64,000 nt of DNA from Paramecium tetraurelia (taxonomy: Eukaryota): NCBI GenBank assembly GCA_000165425.1, contig CT868676.1, forward strand, positions 252,981 to 316,980. Direction: 5' to 3'. The notes under the pieces are model-generated. The model saw only the letters and a list, made by a program, of their open reading frames with translations. It was not told where the DNA came from and did not search any database. Of this stretch, positions 1 through 15,285 are shown in pieces. Position 1 is the stretch's first letter. Every line of letters starts with the position of its first letter. The position numbers were made by a program, and so were the translations under genes.

Positions 1-2485
1 GACCAAAAGTTCCGATTTTGATGAAAAATAAAATGATTAGATTACTCCTTCGATATATTATGGATAATTATACGAAATATCTGCTAAAAATTACTAGTTT
101 ACGTAATAGGATTTAAGATAATAGATCTATGGATATTATTTAAAAGTGTAAATAAATGAGCAATTAGCACCCAAGGAAAATTATCTTATCAAAAAGAATA
201 TTCTTACTCATTAATTTAAATATTCAATTGAATAAAACTCATATATCTGTATCTTATCTTATCATTATTATCATAGTTGAACATTTAGGTTAACAAAATT
301 CCAATTATGAATCTATCAAAAATGATAGTGAAGTCTAAGATGACCCAAAGGTTTGTGTATTCACTCAGTAAAGTTTTCAAAATAGGAAATAGCCTTCTGT
401 GACTATTGTAACATAATAAGGATTAGGTCATGATATCAGGACTTTGAGATTGTTTCGGGGAGAAATTAAGGAGATAATTGATCTAGATTAAGATGAAGAA
501 GATGATGAATAAATAAGAGAATAAACTTAAAAATTAGAAATCTAAGATTAAAAAGAACAGTCTCAATAAATCAAAATATCTAATCAGCAAGAGCTAATGA
601 TTCGCCTCTTGAATATCCCTTACTCTCCAATTCTTAAGAAACTCATTTTTATTCTAAATAGTTTAATGATTGTAATGTTTGTTATTGCTATCGTTATGTA
701 CTCGATATTAAATCAGACTCAAAGTGAATTTTAATCTGCAATCACTCTTTTAACAGCCTCTAATTAAAGATTTGCATCTATACTAAAGATTTAATCAAAT
801 CTATAGGATTTAAGAGGCTCCTATTTTAATCTTGAACAATATACTATGAAAGCCACTAACGGTAAGTTTGCTGAAATAAATTTTGTTGAGCTTAGCAATG
901 AATTAAATATTTTATTAGAAAATGATAAGATTTTAACATCAGCCAATATTTTGATAAATGACAAATATTAATCCATTTTAGATATTTTTTAATCTGCCTT
1001 TGTGTAAATGGTTACAATTGACAATTAATATCATAATTTTACTTACCCTTAGGCTATTTAGTAAATGATAGCTAAGGCTATCACATTAAATGGCTCAAGT
1101 TTGTCAAGTTTTGTAGATGAGAATGAAGATTTTCATTATTATCTGCACAATACTCTGAACTCATTGCCAAAGTCTCAATTAGTTTCACAAGCATATTACT
1201 ATTCGAATATTCTAAGTTTAATTGATAATCTTTATTTTGAAGAAATCTCCTTTTTTTCTATTTAGATGAGTTTTTTAACATTGATATTACTGTTTTTTTA
1301 ATTATACCTTTATTTTCATCAAAAAGAGCTTAAAGAGATTATTTCTTTGTATTTAATGATCAGGGAAGATTAAGTTAAAAAGATTGTAAATAAATTTTCA
1401 ACCTTTATATAATTGCTATAAATGAATGAAAATGATGAAGTATTTATTTTTTAATTAAAAGATTGAATCAATTGAAGAAGAGCCTGTAGCTTAAGATGAG
1501 TAAGAGTTCTATTTAGGTTAATCAAATAGAAATAAAAAAAAGAAATCCGTTTTCGAAATTAATAATTATAAAAGAGTACAATTTATCTCTTTGTCATTTT
1601 TGATTCTACTGTATTCTTTTTTTTCTTACTTTTACTTTTCAGCGACTGTAAAATCTTTGATCTATAAATTAGATAATTACTGATTAAACAAACTCATTAG
1701 TACCGTTGGTTAACTTAACATCCTATCTGCCAATACAATATAGGTTGATAGACAATAGTATTAAAGAGTTGCTTTATGACGAAAATGCAGTCTTATTTGA
1801 TGAGCTTAATTCAATAGAGAAATTACAAACTGAATTAGAAGGGGTCAAAAATTTGGATGCTCAACTTCATGCGTTGAATTAAGAAAATGAATAGATTCTA
1901 TCAGATCAATATAAATAGATATTCAATGAAATTTACATTCAAAACCCATGCAATATCATATTGGCTTATGATTCATCAGTAAATTAATCTGCATGTTTGA
2001 CTTTTAATAAAAACATTTTGTAAGAAGGATTGTCAATTGCGATAACAAATTTTTTTGAAAATGCTGAAAACATATTGTAATAATATTCTTATTATGATAA
2101 AAATGCTGTATATAATAATTTAACCTTTAATATCAGCACAAATCATAGAAGAAATTACACTCTTAATATTTTTAATACAAGAATTGGGAATGCAAATAGA
2201 AAAATGCAAAAGGTATTTATCCGGATATGCCACATGTAACTATCAAATGAATTAGAAAGCTATTTGAGTTAGCATTATTCAAATTTGGAACTATAATTTT
2301 CTCTGCTTTTCATGATATTTTGTGTGATATCAATTCTAGTATATTTTGTGAGTTGGATTCCATTGCAGATTAGATTTTATCATGACACTAGAAGGGCCAG
2401 AGAAATACAATCACTTATTCCGTTGGATCTTTTTAATACTTGTTAATCCTTACAAGTATATCTTCGATGGATTAAAGAAAATTGA
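1..2485 (+). CDS. 5'-partial large membrane protein, resembling the C-terminal half of ciliate PAS-domain transmembrane (TmcB/TmcC-like) proteins
   Basis: Long code-6 frame: LGHDIRTLRLFRGEIKEIIDLDQDEEDDE, then hydrophobic helices (KKLIFILNSLMIVMFVIAIVMYSIL; LLFMIFCVISILVYFVSWIPL). Short intron near 1440. TGA at 2483-2485. Confidence 0.6.
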
Positions 2486-2548
2486 TTGATTTGAAATGAG
2501 ACTAAACAAACATAGCTGAATATAACTTTATTATTTTATTTTAACTCA

Positions 2549-2866
2549 TCATATTTACCCTCCCACTTGTTCTATGACAACATCAATTTCATCTCCTGTT
2601 TCCATTCCAATCTAAAAAACATTTTCATTTTGATATTCTTACATCTGCTGGAGTTTAGGTCTCTAATATTCTTTCCCCATCAAATAAGAATCTAACATTT
2701 TAGATTTGTAACTAATTATATTTTAATGTCTTACATTTTGTCTTGAACAATATGCATCCATCAATTTCTTAAATTGGGTTTACTTTTTAATTTTAAAAAA
2801 CACTTCTTCACCGTCTTGGGACTTAACTTTGAGATTCAAATAGTCTGCTTATTGCTGTTCTGCCAT
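2549..2866 (-). CDS. SUMO: SUMO (small ubiquitin-like modifier)
   Basis: MAEQQQADYLNLKVKSQDGEEVFFKIKKQTQFKKLMDAYC...RFLFDGERI...GDEIDVVIEQVGG-QI*. Two tiny introns and a di-Gly maturation site. Confidence 0.97.
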
Positions 2867-3118
2867 TTTAAGATATATATATGAATTAAAATTCTTAATC
2901 GAAACACATTGCTAAAAATACTAAATAATGTAATGATTTTAGTTTAATTGTTAGGCTATATATTTAATTATTAGATTATATACATAATTATTAATAATTG
3001 AAATGTGAGATCATATAAAGAAACAGTTGAATGAAGAGTAATGATTAAGAAGAGATTAATTAATTCATGATCTGATATAGTATGTTAATTAAATTTTATA
3101 AAATTAATTAAAAATATT

Positions 3119-4752
<1,634 letters not shown>

Positions 4753-5287
4753 TATATTATAAAAATTGAAAAATAAATTATTTATTTACATTCTTGAATA
4801 ATATAATTATTCATTCAAACATAAAATTAATGAAAGTTTTGCCTTTCAGCATTAATATTGATAAATTAATCATCTATTAATAGATCACGATGAATTCTAC
4901 ATCCTCGTTAATGGATCAGTTTAAATTTAATTAAAACTTCATCATATATTATTATTTAAGATAAACATAAACCATACTAACTTTTAGTTTATTATTCTTT
5001 TATCCAGAATTATTGGGATAAAATTTATGAAAACTTATTTGAATTATTTGAATTATGAATCTTCAATATAAAATATTAATTCATATGTGGTTATAGAACA
5101 TTTTGATGATTTTGAAATTATTTTAAAGAAGAAACGTGCTAATTTTATTAATAATCATAAGCAATTTTGGAAAAAGATATTTTAATTAAGAACAAATTAT
5201 TTTAGACTTTATTTTTGAAATACTAAATGGTTATCGTTATTAATCAATTCTAGTAAAACAATAATTAACCAAAAAATGATTATTCAA

Positions 5288-5491
5288 TCATTGTTGTACA
5301 TTCGTTTGGGTTTTGGTGTTTTACTCTCTTAAACGGCGATTAAGTATGGGATTATTATACGGATTGAATGTAGTATAGACTTCAGTTGTCTCTTTTAAAA
5401 TAACTTCTATATCTTGAGATTTTTTTGCCTTCGCCATAACTTGTTTCAACTATCCTTTATTGCTTTTAGTGCTTCCATGACAGATTCCCAT
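5288..5491 (-). CDS. 67-aa small protein with MGxC acylation motif
   Basis: Intronless frame MGICHGSTKSNKG...YNNPILNRRLREQ...QQ* from ATG to TGA. Confidence 0.7.
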
Positions 5492-6049
5492 AATAATTTT
5501 ATTTATTAAATTATCTTCTAAAATTATTTTAATCAGTTTATTGGCTTCATTAATGAAAATCATATGAATTAAATTATATATTAGACATTCACTTTTTAAT
5601 GAAGAGTTAAGCAAATAAACAGAAAAGAAAATTTGCTAATTTTTAAATAAATAAATATAATAATATATTGATAAACAAACAGAATAATATATTTTGAGAC
5701 TAATTATTCAATTGTTAAATTAGCTTTAAGTATGATTAGTTTGTTCGATAGCAATCTTTATATTTAACCCTTAAAACAATTTTAGAGTTTACAACCATGA
5801 ATTATTTTTATTTTATTAAAGAAGTACATATTCCTAATTAACGAAGATGTTAATCAAATTAATTCTTTTAATATGGTAATCTAAAAATATTGTCCAGTTT
5901 CTATGTAGAGAAAATAAAAGTTTTGCCACTCTAGAATCTAATTATAAATATTAAATTATGAAATATAATTAATTATATTTCGAAAAAAACATCAAAACTA
6001 TTTTTCATTTATTTTATTTTAAATAAATTATATTCGAAATAATATTAAA

Positions 6050-6548
6050 TAATATGATTAATTGGAACAAAATGCATAATTACTTATAGAAATTACGGAA
6101 TTGAGCTGAATGAGAACATGAACTAATATTTTAACAAAATTAAGAAATTATACCCCTTAGTAATAAGGAAACTTTAGAATAAGAAAAAAATATAAATTAA
6201 ATAAAAGTATACAGATATACGATATTTATTGGTATCCAAATATAGTATATGAGATTGCTTGAATTCAATATCTCCAAATTATTAGATTAATTAGAAAATA
6301 ATTTTGAGGTTTAATTATTGTTGAAAGCGTTTAGGCAACTAATAGAAGTTATTTATAAAGTTTTTCAAAGAGAGCTATTAATTTCTATTGAATGGTGTCA
6401 TAACTAATAATTCTAAAGTTATTTATAAATTAATTTTAGATCTCAATTAAAAAAGATTTATTTAGAAATTTACTAAAATATCCTACTTCAATAAGAGTGA
6501 ATCAACTGAAATTGATAATTAGATATAAAGGAATTGTTACTTAAGTGA
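6050..6548 (+). pseudogene. possible decayed gene fragment
   Basis: Coding-like stretch (MRLLEFNISKLLDQLENNFEVQLLLKAFRQLIEVIYK) but TGA stops upstream and no clean start. Confidence 0.25.
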
Positions 6549-7624
6549 TTTTACATATTTTATAATTTACTTAATATTATTTTAATGACTCCAATAGCAG
6601 AATTAAAAACCTTATATGTTAAATACTCTAATTATTTGTTTTTGAAGGGCTTTGGTTTGCTGATTAATAATTTATTCTAAATTTATTGATATTAAACTAT
6701 ATTTCGAATCAGAATTATAATTTTTTATGGTCATTATAATTCAATAGATTTAATTAATAGTTGAAGCTAAGGAAAAACGATAAATAATAGCCGAAATTTT
6801 AAATTAGATTCAGAATAGAATTTTTTTACTTGAGGTGAAATAGATTTAAAATTCAAACCTTAATGAAATTAATGACTTTTGAATTTCCTCAAACATCTTC
6901 GCTTTAAGATTGTTTATTTTTGGAAATAATTTTATTACACAACATTTCAATAGAAGTTAATCTTGTATGGTTGATACTCTCATATTTGACTTTGAAATTA
7001 CTATCTTTCATTTATCTATTGTTCCATTATTATATAAAATACAATTTTTAAATTATGTGTAAAATTAAATATGAATAAATTAGTTATAGTAGCTTTATCA
7101 AAATTTTAAGATTTTTTCAATAGATTAATTAAATTTATATGTTTTTGTTAGCAGTTGGATTCCTAATGGCATTAATTCTAGGGTTTTATTTATAAAACAC
7201 AACTTCAAACCACAAGTTGCTAATAATATGAAATCAATAAAAAGGCTATTTGTATATTTGCAGAAAAGGATATCGAAGATTATGATTGATTAAAATATAT
7301 CAAAAATGTAAAAAAAAATTACAGAAGAATTTAATTAACATAAATACTATATATAAACAACATATATTTTAGTTACAAGAATCCTAAATTCAAAAGAATT
7401 TAGCAAATCAATAATGGTACACTGATTTTTTCTAAATTAATTATTTAAATGGAGAATATATTCATTAAATATTAACATTGCTGAAAATCGAAAATATTTA
7501 AGCTTGAACTTAAATTGAAAAAGTCCAAAATAAATATAATGAATAGTTCATATTAAGAGTTGAATGGTTGAAGGAAAAAAATGAATTGATAATAATCAGA
7601 AATGAATAGAATAAAATCGTTGTT

Positions 7625-8224
7625 TCATTCTTCTTTCTTTAAACACATACAACAGCAGTTTAAAAACTGAGACCATTTGTTCAAAAATTACTAATCTTGT
7701 TCTTCTATATAAGACGCATTACGGTGTTGAGATTATAAATCATCATCGAATATTTAACCACTCAAATAAAGCAGCTAGGATAAGTCTTCTTTAAACTTAG
7801 CAATTTCTTTCTAATTTAGGGCACTTGTAAAAAGTAAAATAACATTTTAGATATTGAGTATTTTGGAAATTTATTGCTTGATGGAATTATATGAATGGAG
7901 GGTTTTATCACATTTACATCCTATAAAGATTATTAGAGGTTTGTCCTTAACGAGATTATGATGATATTCTAAATACAATAATGGGTTTTGATGTTCTAAG
8001 TTGATGGCAATTGCAGCAACAGGAGCAGTTTACTGAATATTATATTCATTTGATGGATTACCTGGACAATCATATATTAGTATTTTTAGTTTGTCTATTT
8101 AAACTTTTCTAAATTCTTAATAAATAGTAGGAAAGGTTGTGATTGATTCGTTGCAAAGTGCGTTGATTAATGAAGTCTTTCCAGCATTTTGATCTCCTAT
8201 AAGCAAAATACGAGTTTATTTCAT
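7625..8224 (-). CDS. divergent Ras/Rab-superfamily small GTPase
   Basis: Intronless 199 aa: ILLIGDQNAGKTS (G1), YDCPG (G3), GCKCD (G4), TSAL (G5). C-terminal Cys cluster CCCMCLKKEE. Confidence 0.85.
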
Positions 8225-8259
8225 TAAGTGGATTTGATTATAATTTATAATATATAAAT

Positions 8260-8934
8260 TCAACAACATTATTCTTTCTAATTTTCCTTCTTCAAATGAG
8301 ATTTCGTTTTGAGAGTCGATCCATGACTTTTTTTGATTTTAGAAGCTTCAGAAGACCATTTTTAGAATAACTTATCAACTCCATTACCTGAAAGTGCCGA
8401 AGTTGGAAAGAAGATCATGTTTTTATCTGAGTTGTTGATGATGTTGACTTTTTTACATTTTTTTAGAATTTCTTATAAATTCTCATCAAGGGCTGGAATT
8501 AATCTTTTTTAATCCTTAACTAAATCAAGCTTGCATCCCACAATAAACACAGGAGTATTTTCAGAAGAATTATCATAAATTTTATCAGTCCAATTTTGAA
8601 TTTGTACTTCAAGTTATTCACTTAATTAACCTTCTTAATTCTCATAATATTCCTACTCTGGTAAGCTAAATGCCAGAACCAATGCGGAAGCATCTTTTAT
8701 GAATGAAAGTGCTAAATCAGAATTTCTAGCCAGACCAGCAATATCGAAAATATTGAGATTAACACGTTTTCCATTTAGCTTGTAATCTCTTATTGATCTA
8801 AAATCCACAGCGACTCCACAATTCTAATTTCCACAAAATTTTTTCTCAGCCACTCTCAAAATTAAGGATGTCTTACCTGCTCCTTGGTTTCCAACAATTC
8901 CAAGTTTAATAGCCACTTCTTATTCATTATCCAT
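8260..8934 (-). CDS. divergent Rab GTPase
   Basis: Intronless 224 aa: GNQGAGKTS, FDIAGL, GCKLD, TSALSG. Ends in CC (Rab prenylation motif). Confidence 0.9.
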
Positions 8935-9047
8935 TCCTAATAATCAAATAAAAATATTAATAAATTCATTTATATATAAGAGTTTTTTATATTACAAATA
9001 CTAGCATTTTTACACTTTTAATAATATAATATCAATAAGTAATTAAA

Positions 9048-9467
9048 ATGGCAGACGATGGTGGTGCAGATGTAAAAATACTTCTCTATACTGTAAGAAA
9101 GGAGAATATATTGGAGAAGAAGTAGCTAAGGCAATTGATGATGGGATTAATGCTGTATTCCAATTGAAAGAAGGGGAGAATCCTCCAGCCACTCTAATTT
9201 ATTCAAAAGAGAAGGTTATTAGTTGGAGTAATCAACTCTTAGACTACACAAATAGGAATTTGAGCAAACTCGACAAACCATTCAAGTATTGTGTGAGCTG
9301 CATCATCTAATAAAATAATGATTCAAAATTTACAGTTGCACGTATTAATTCAATTATAAATCATAGTTGGTGCTAGTTTTGATACAAACACTGATGGTAT
9401 ATGCAGTGCATAAAGAGAAATTAATGACATTGTAATTATTATATCTGTATTTGCAATGTTAATATGA
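9048..9467 (+). CDS. dynein light chain, Tctex-1 type
   Basis: YSKEKVISWSNQLLD...LSKLDKPFKYCVSCIIQQ...FDTNTDG...IISVFAM. Two tiny introns. Confidence 0.9.
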
Positions 9468-9884
9468 TTATTATTATGCATTTTATGTCAATTTAAAATA
9501 TATTATATATATTAAAATTAATTCTAAATATAATTCTCCAATGTTTTGATCACTAAAGACATTCAAATTTAAACTCGCTCATTTCTTCACATTCCAAACT
9601 GATAATTCGCTTAAATTTGTTCCTGTTGTCATAATTTCATCTTCATCAATTTTAATCAAATTCCTTCTTAAGACTCAACTCAATTAGATAGCAATTGAAA
9701 TTCTCACAAATTTTGAAAAACAAAGCAGTGTTAATTTTATGAAAGAAGATATTCACTAATTTCATTTATCTGTGCCAATATAATATAAAGTTTAAATTTG
9801 TTTTTTTAAAGCAATCTTTTTGTTCTATTTTTGTGATATTTAATTGGAAATAAATCTTGAATATTCCTTAAAAAAATAAATAAT

Positions 9885-11059
9885 ATGTCAAATCTATATC
9901 CCAATATCTATCCCCACCTAAAAGTGAGCGTGCCTTCATTTTTAATAAAAACTTACGAAATATTGGAAGTATTTTGACTATAATTCATCATTAAGAATGA
10001 TTCATTATCGCATCTCATATCCTGGAATAGTGAAGGGACTGCTTTTATTGTCTATAATCCAAACGAATTGTCATCCCAAGTCCTAGCCAATTATTTCAAG
10101 CATAAAAATTATCCTAGCTTTCTAAGGTAAGTATCATTATAAATATAGACAACTAAACATGTACAATTTTAAAAAGACAAGAAATCAATATGGATTTAGT
10201 GAATTTAGACACAAGTGGTTTAGGAAGGGCTAATAGTAAAAAAAACTAAATCCCTATTTCTAGGAACATGATACAATATATCCGACGCAGAAATTAAGAG
10301 GAATCAGATTAAAAAATAGACACGAGAGAACAAAATCAAGAACTTGATTTTTATAAACAGGAACATGAAAATATTAAAATATTGATTCAAGATCTTCAAA
10401 CAGGCCATAAAGAAATACAAAAGAACTTGGCAAAATCCTTAGATTAGTCAACCTCTTTGAATAAATAAAATTTTATCACTCTGCAAGTATGAAAGTACAT
10501 ATATATATATAGAAAATTCATTAAACCCAATTAGAATTTAACAAAAAATATGATTATGTGACCCTCATGCTCACAAATGTACTAACCAATCTCCCAAATA
10601 TATGTATATATTAATCTTTAAAAACAGTAACTAATTTTAAAGAAGCAATTAAAATTTGTTAAGATGAACCAAACATATACAAGACCTTACCCTGCTCAGA
10701 AAGCGGAGCATCGACACCCTACCCTCAAGTGTTCCCCTATAATCAATACCAGTTTTACACCTAGAAATAATAGCCATGTATTTTGTCCCTTTATAAATTT
10801 CAAGATTATTTTTATGATTAGAACTAATATTTCTACAAAAATACACCCTAATTGGCCATCACAGATGTGTAGAACAACAATTATTGTAAGATTCGTTCCT
10901 ATTTTAAAGCTCCTGCCACATACTCAATTTCAAACAGTCAACAAAATTCTCCTTATAGATATTCAAATATCCCATAAACACAGTATCCTTTAGATTATGC
11001 AAACATCGAATAAGTATAAATAACAATATTTTTAGTATAGTTTAAATCAATAAGTATGA
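9885..11059 (+). CDS. heat shock factor (HSF) DNA-binding domain protein
   Basis: PSFLIKTYEILEN...ISWNSEGTAF...YFKHKNYPSFLRQLNMYNFKK, then a coiled coil and a P/Q-rich tail. The 3' end assumes a final intron. Confidence 0.9.
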
Positions 11060-11084
11060 TTTTATAATAAATCAAGTTTTTTAC

Positions 11085-12858
11085 TCAAAAACATCTTTAA
11101 TATTCAAATCTATATTAATTAATCCAGTATTTTTCTATAACTCTGTCAAGAATTATATTGTAATTGATTCTCGAATTTTTGGCAGTTCTTCCTTCTAATT
11201 CTAAGTCCTCTCTATATAAGCTGGAATCTAACATTGACTCGTATCATCAGTTTATTAAGATTTTGTTTATTATGGAGATCTGCCTCTATTTTGTTATGAA
11301 GTGTTTGGAGATTGCTGAATTTGGACACTTTTGACCATTCTTTAATATGAGTCTGTTTCTATTTTATATTTTTATGGGTTCATTTTTAATTTTTATTCTT
11401 ACTCCTTCTAATTGAATACTTTCAATGGAAAAAGAAGAAAATCTTTTATGGGACTTCTTGTTCTCTTACTAACCTAATTAGTTTTCTGAGTTTATTTCAT
11501 GTTTACTAATTCAACATCTTAGATATCAGAGTATTAGATTTCTCTAATCAATATGATATCGTCTGATTGACATATATGATTTTATCTTAATATCATTTAA
11601 TCATAATTTTCTAAAATCGATTATCTGTTTTGGGTTTGATCATAATCTTAGATGACTTTTATATTTTGTTCTTGAATAATAATAAAATCAAGATGTCTTT
11701 TATTTCTATTCCAAGCCTCCAGAATGTATTGACACACAGGTGATTCAGGATTACATTTTTTTTATTTCAGATCTAATAAATATGCATCCAATTATTAAGC
11801 ACTTTGATTACTTCTCTATTAAACCATAAGAACCACCTTTTTCGAATACTCCTATCTCACAAATTATAATATTTTATTATTGATATAGATTCTGTTGTAT
11901 TCCTTGACATATTATTCCCTATCTTAATAGCTCTAAATGAAGTTCTCTATTGACATAATAAATGTGCCTATGTCTTAGCATTATAATAATATGGCCTCTG
12001 ATAAACTCAGATAAGTGAGAACACATTTTATCAACGCTTTAGATCCATCTAACAATAATAAATCGATAATAGTTTCGCTCAATCGATTGTGTAGAGTAAA
12101 ACAGCAAACCAACCATTAAATTATAATTAAACTTGTATCTATCTGCAATCTTTACATATGACTAATCAATTGAGGTCTTAAAAATTATAGGAGATCTTTG
12201 ATTATGAAATCATCACATTAAACTCCATACAAATGATTATAATAATTTGGTGGTAAGAGTGTCTCAAATAGAAAACATAAGAACCAGAATGTTTCCTAGA
12301 GAGATGATCAAAATTATACCTCTTCGCTGAAATGCTGAAGGAAATAATACGCTATATAATTAAACCCTTAACAATATCCAATTTATGCATTACGGATACT
12401 ATATGCGTTTAGTATATTGCTCAATTTTGCTCGATTCTCTTCATCCTAAGTAGTCCGTAAAATATCTCTTTTAATTATTTCTTAAAACTGAGATGGAAAA
12501 TGCTGAATATTCTATAAGTTCCTATATTAGCATGAATTGTTATTAAGATTATAATTTATATTTGACAAGACTCTCCAGTATGGTTTCAATGATTGAGTTT
12601 AAATCTTCTCTCTTAAGACGCATTTCAAAGCCTAATTCACACAGCAATCTGAATTGTTGCAAATTCTCACTAACTATGATTTGATTCTAATAATACTTCT
12701 TCATCTTTATCAAATGATTAGAAGTATTTGATTTAAGCATTTAGCATAGATCTTTTTTTTAGATTCTTTTGCATATCACCCTTCATTTTTTCTATGAAGA
12801 TCTTGCTCTGAAGAAAATCTGTCATAATTTTAATTTGTTCATCATTTTCTTTTATCAT
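11085..12858 (-). CDS. TBC-domain Rab GTPase-activating protein
   Basis: QIKRDILRT (Arg finger), ILNAYSIRNAQIGYCQGFNYIA (Gln finger), FWFLCFLFETLLPPNYY. Confidence 0.9.
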
Positions 12859-13456
12859 TATTAATAATAAATTATATTCAATTAATTCCAAAATTATGTT
12901 CAATAATAATACTCAGTCTTGACTTATATCTAGATTTAGTTCAATTATGAAATCTCCATATAGAGATATTATTTTTATTGATTTTATCATAAAAAGTATG
13001 CATTATTTTTCAATTGCAATATATTGTTGATTGTTAAATCTCTTATAATTTAAGTGGTATCAAAACAATATTAGCATGATTAATTGATAAAATAACTATT
13101 AGATTATGATGATTATATTTCAATACAAAAAAACAATAATTCTATTTATTAATTATTTTCAATATAATATATGTTTTTATATGTTTTTATTTGCTTTCTT
13201 TCATTATTTTGTTATGATTATGTTTCAAAAATCAATTGATATCAGTTAGACTAAATAGACATAATCAGTAATTTTTTGATTATCACTCTTTTTAAGCAAT
13301 TAAATAATGTTAATAAATAAAGCATTGCCCTTGATGTTTTAATATTATTTTATAAGGGTTGTGGGATCGCTTTATACATTTGATAACTTAATAGATTGAA
13401 ATATTAGGGTAAACACAAGAATTTGATTATTAATATTTGATAATTTATTTCTAACA

Positions 13457-14253
13457 ATGTCTTAAAATAAAAGTAAGTTCAATCACTTAGATAGTTATCT
13501 TACTTGGCGACTGTGGAGTAGGCAAAACAACAATTCTGCACAAGTAAGTTTACTGAATGACTCAAGCTTCCTAGATATGAGTTCACAACCTGAAACCACA
13601 ATTGGAGTTTAGCATCATTCCTTTTCTAGAAACAACATCAAATTTTCAATTTGGGACACGGCTGGATAAGAAAAATATAGATCAGTTGTCTCAAGGTTTA
13701 TGCTTTATAATATCAAAATGTAGTCATTATAAGAGAGCAAAAGCCGCTTTAATAATTTACGATAGCTCAAGAGAGGAAACACTATTGCATATTGACAAAT
13801 GGATTGAGGAATTAATATTTTAAGTTGGAACTAAGATAATAATGATTTTAATAGGAGTATTTGAGTGATTTTATCTAGAATAAGACAGACTTGCAAAAGG
13901 TTGATTTTAATGAATCTGTTTAAAATTTGTAAGATAAATACGAAATATCCTACTATATAACAACACATCACAAGGATCCTGAATTCAAAGACAAAATGAA
14001 TTAGGTGTTCGATCAAATTGCCATAAGTATTATTTTATACTATAATTTAGACTTGGGATTGCTTGCTCCTAATCAACAGTATTCATCAACTAAATAAATC
14101 TTTTCACAAAGGTAGGAGGGCACTCCATTTAAATCTTCCACACTTTTCAACAACTACGCATCGGGTGACTAGGAAATTATATAGATTCGTAAGGAGCAGC
14201 CTTAGGATGTCTCTGGAGGTGTTCAAAATGATAGACAATCCTGTGAGTGTTGA
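13457..14253 (+). CDS. Rab GTPase
   Basis: IILLGDCGVGKTT, TTIGV, WDTAGQEKYRS. Ends CEC (CxC). Several tiny introns. Confidence 0.9.
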
Positions 14254-14343
14254 GTATTTGTTATAAGAATGAATTGATTGTTATATTATTAATTTTGAAT
14301 GAGAATTTACTAAAATATAGTATATTTAAATTAATTGATAGAA

Positions 14344-15199
14344 TCAAGAAGTATAGTTTTTCTTATTTATATAGAGATGATAAAGTTGTAGTTATTATCC
14401 TAGTGATTTTGAAGCAATTTACCGTTCCCAATTAATACTCTCAAGTTGACTTGATTGATTTTACAAAAAGCCGGTTCTGATTTAACTGTAGAATTATTCT
14501 AGGACTTCCTATTGAGCCTTGATGTCAATTTCAATAAGATCTGGTGACTTTTACTGGTTACAAATTAGTTGAGCGCATTATTTTAATAAAGCGATAAATC
14601 CATAAAATGGCCCAATCAGATCTATCTTTTCTACAAAAGGCTATTAAATTTTAAACATCGTTTGGATGTAAATGCTTCTCCAATTGAAATAATTATCTTT
14701 CCACCAGTATTCCTATTTCCGCACCAATGTATTAACTGCTAGTAGCACTTCGATGGAGACCTAAAGTAATGATTGTAGATTTTACTTGAACCAATTGAGC
14801 TTGGTAATAATGAAAAAGTTCGACTGCATTCTCATTAAAACTAGTTGATAGTTCTTGAGCCCCCATTGAAACTTCTATGAGTTGCTTAAGCAAATAAATT
14901 AATTAGATGGCTGCATCAGTTTCTGGATTAAAGTTCCTAATCAAGATGGCTGTTTTGTTGTTTAAGATGGTTTTAACTTCATTTATAGCAACCCAAGTTT
15001 TGCCCTCATTAACTACTCTATTTTTGTTGATGTGCTTCGATAGAAATGCTGATAAATCTGGGAAATTCAATTTCTCTAAACTAATCTAATCAAAGAAGTG
15101 CATCAATTCCCTAATAGTAGTGAACTAAGAAATGACTTCAACTTGGTTTATTTATTTGACAGTATTGCATGTATTTTTTTAAGAATTACAAGTTCCCAT
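14344..15199 (-). CDS. hypothetical protein with MGxC N-terminus
   Basis: MGTCNSQKNTCNTVK... open in code 6 with one intron near 14762-14786. Stop position approximate. Confidence 0.65.
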
Positions 15200-15285
15200 T
15201 TTAATAAAATAATTAATCGAGAATATTCACAATTTCTATAATTTGAGTATATTAAAAATTGTTAGAAAAATAGAAATAGGAAAAA

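Noticed and set aside
9530..9870. Possible small gene between the Tctex and HSF genes
   Set aside because: TGA stops in the candidate frames and no recognisable motif.
13321..13420. Hairpin (GCCCTT/AAGGGT) followed by ACA, H/ACA-like
   Set aside because: No H box and no convincing second hairpin.
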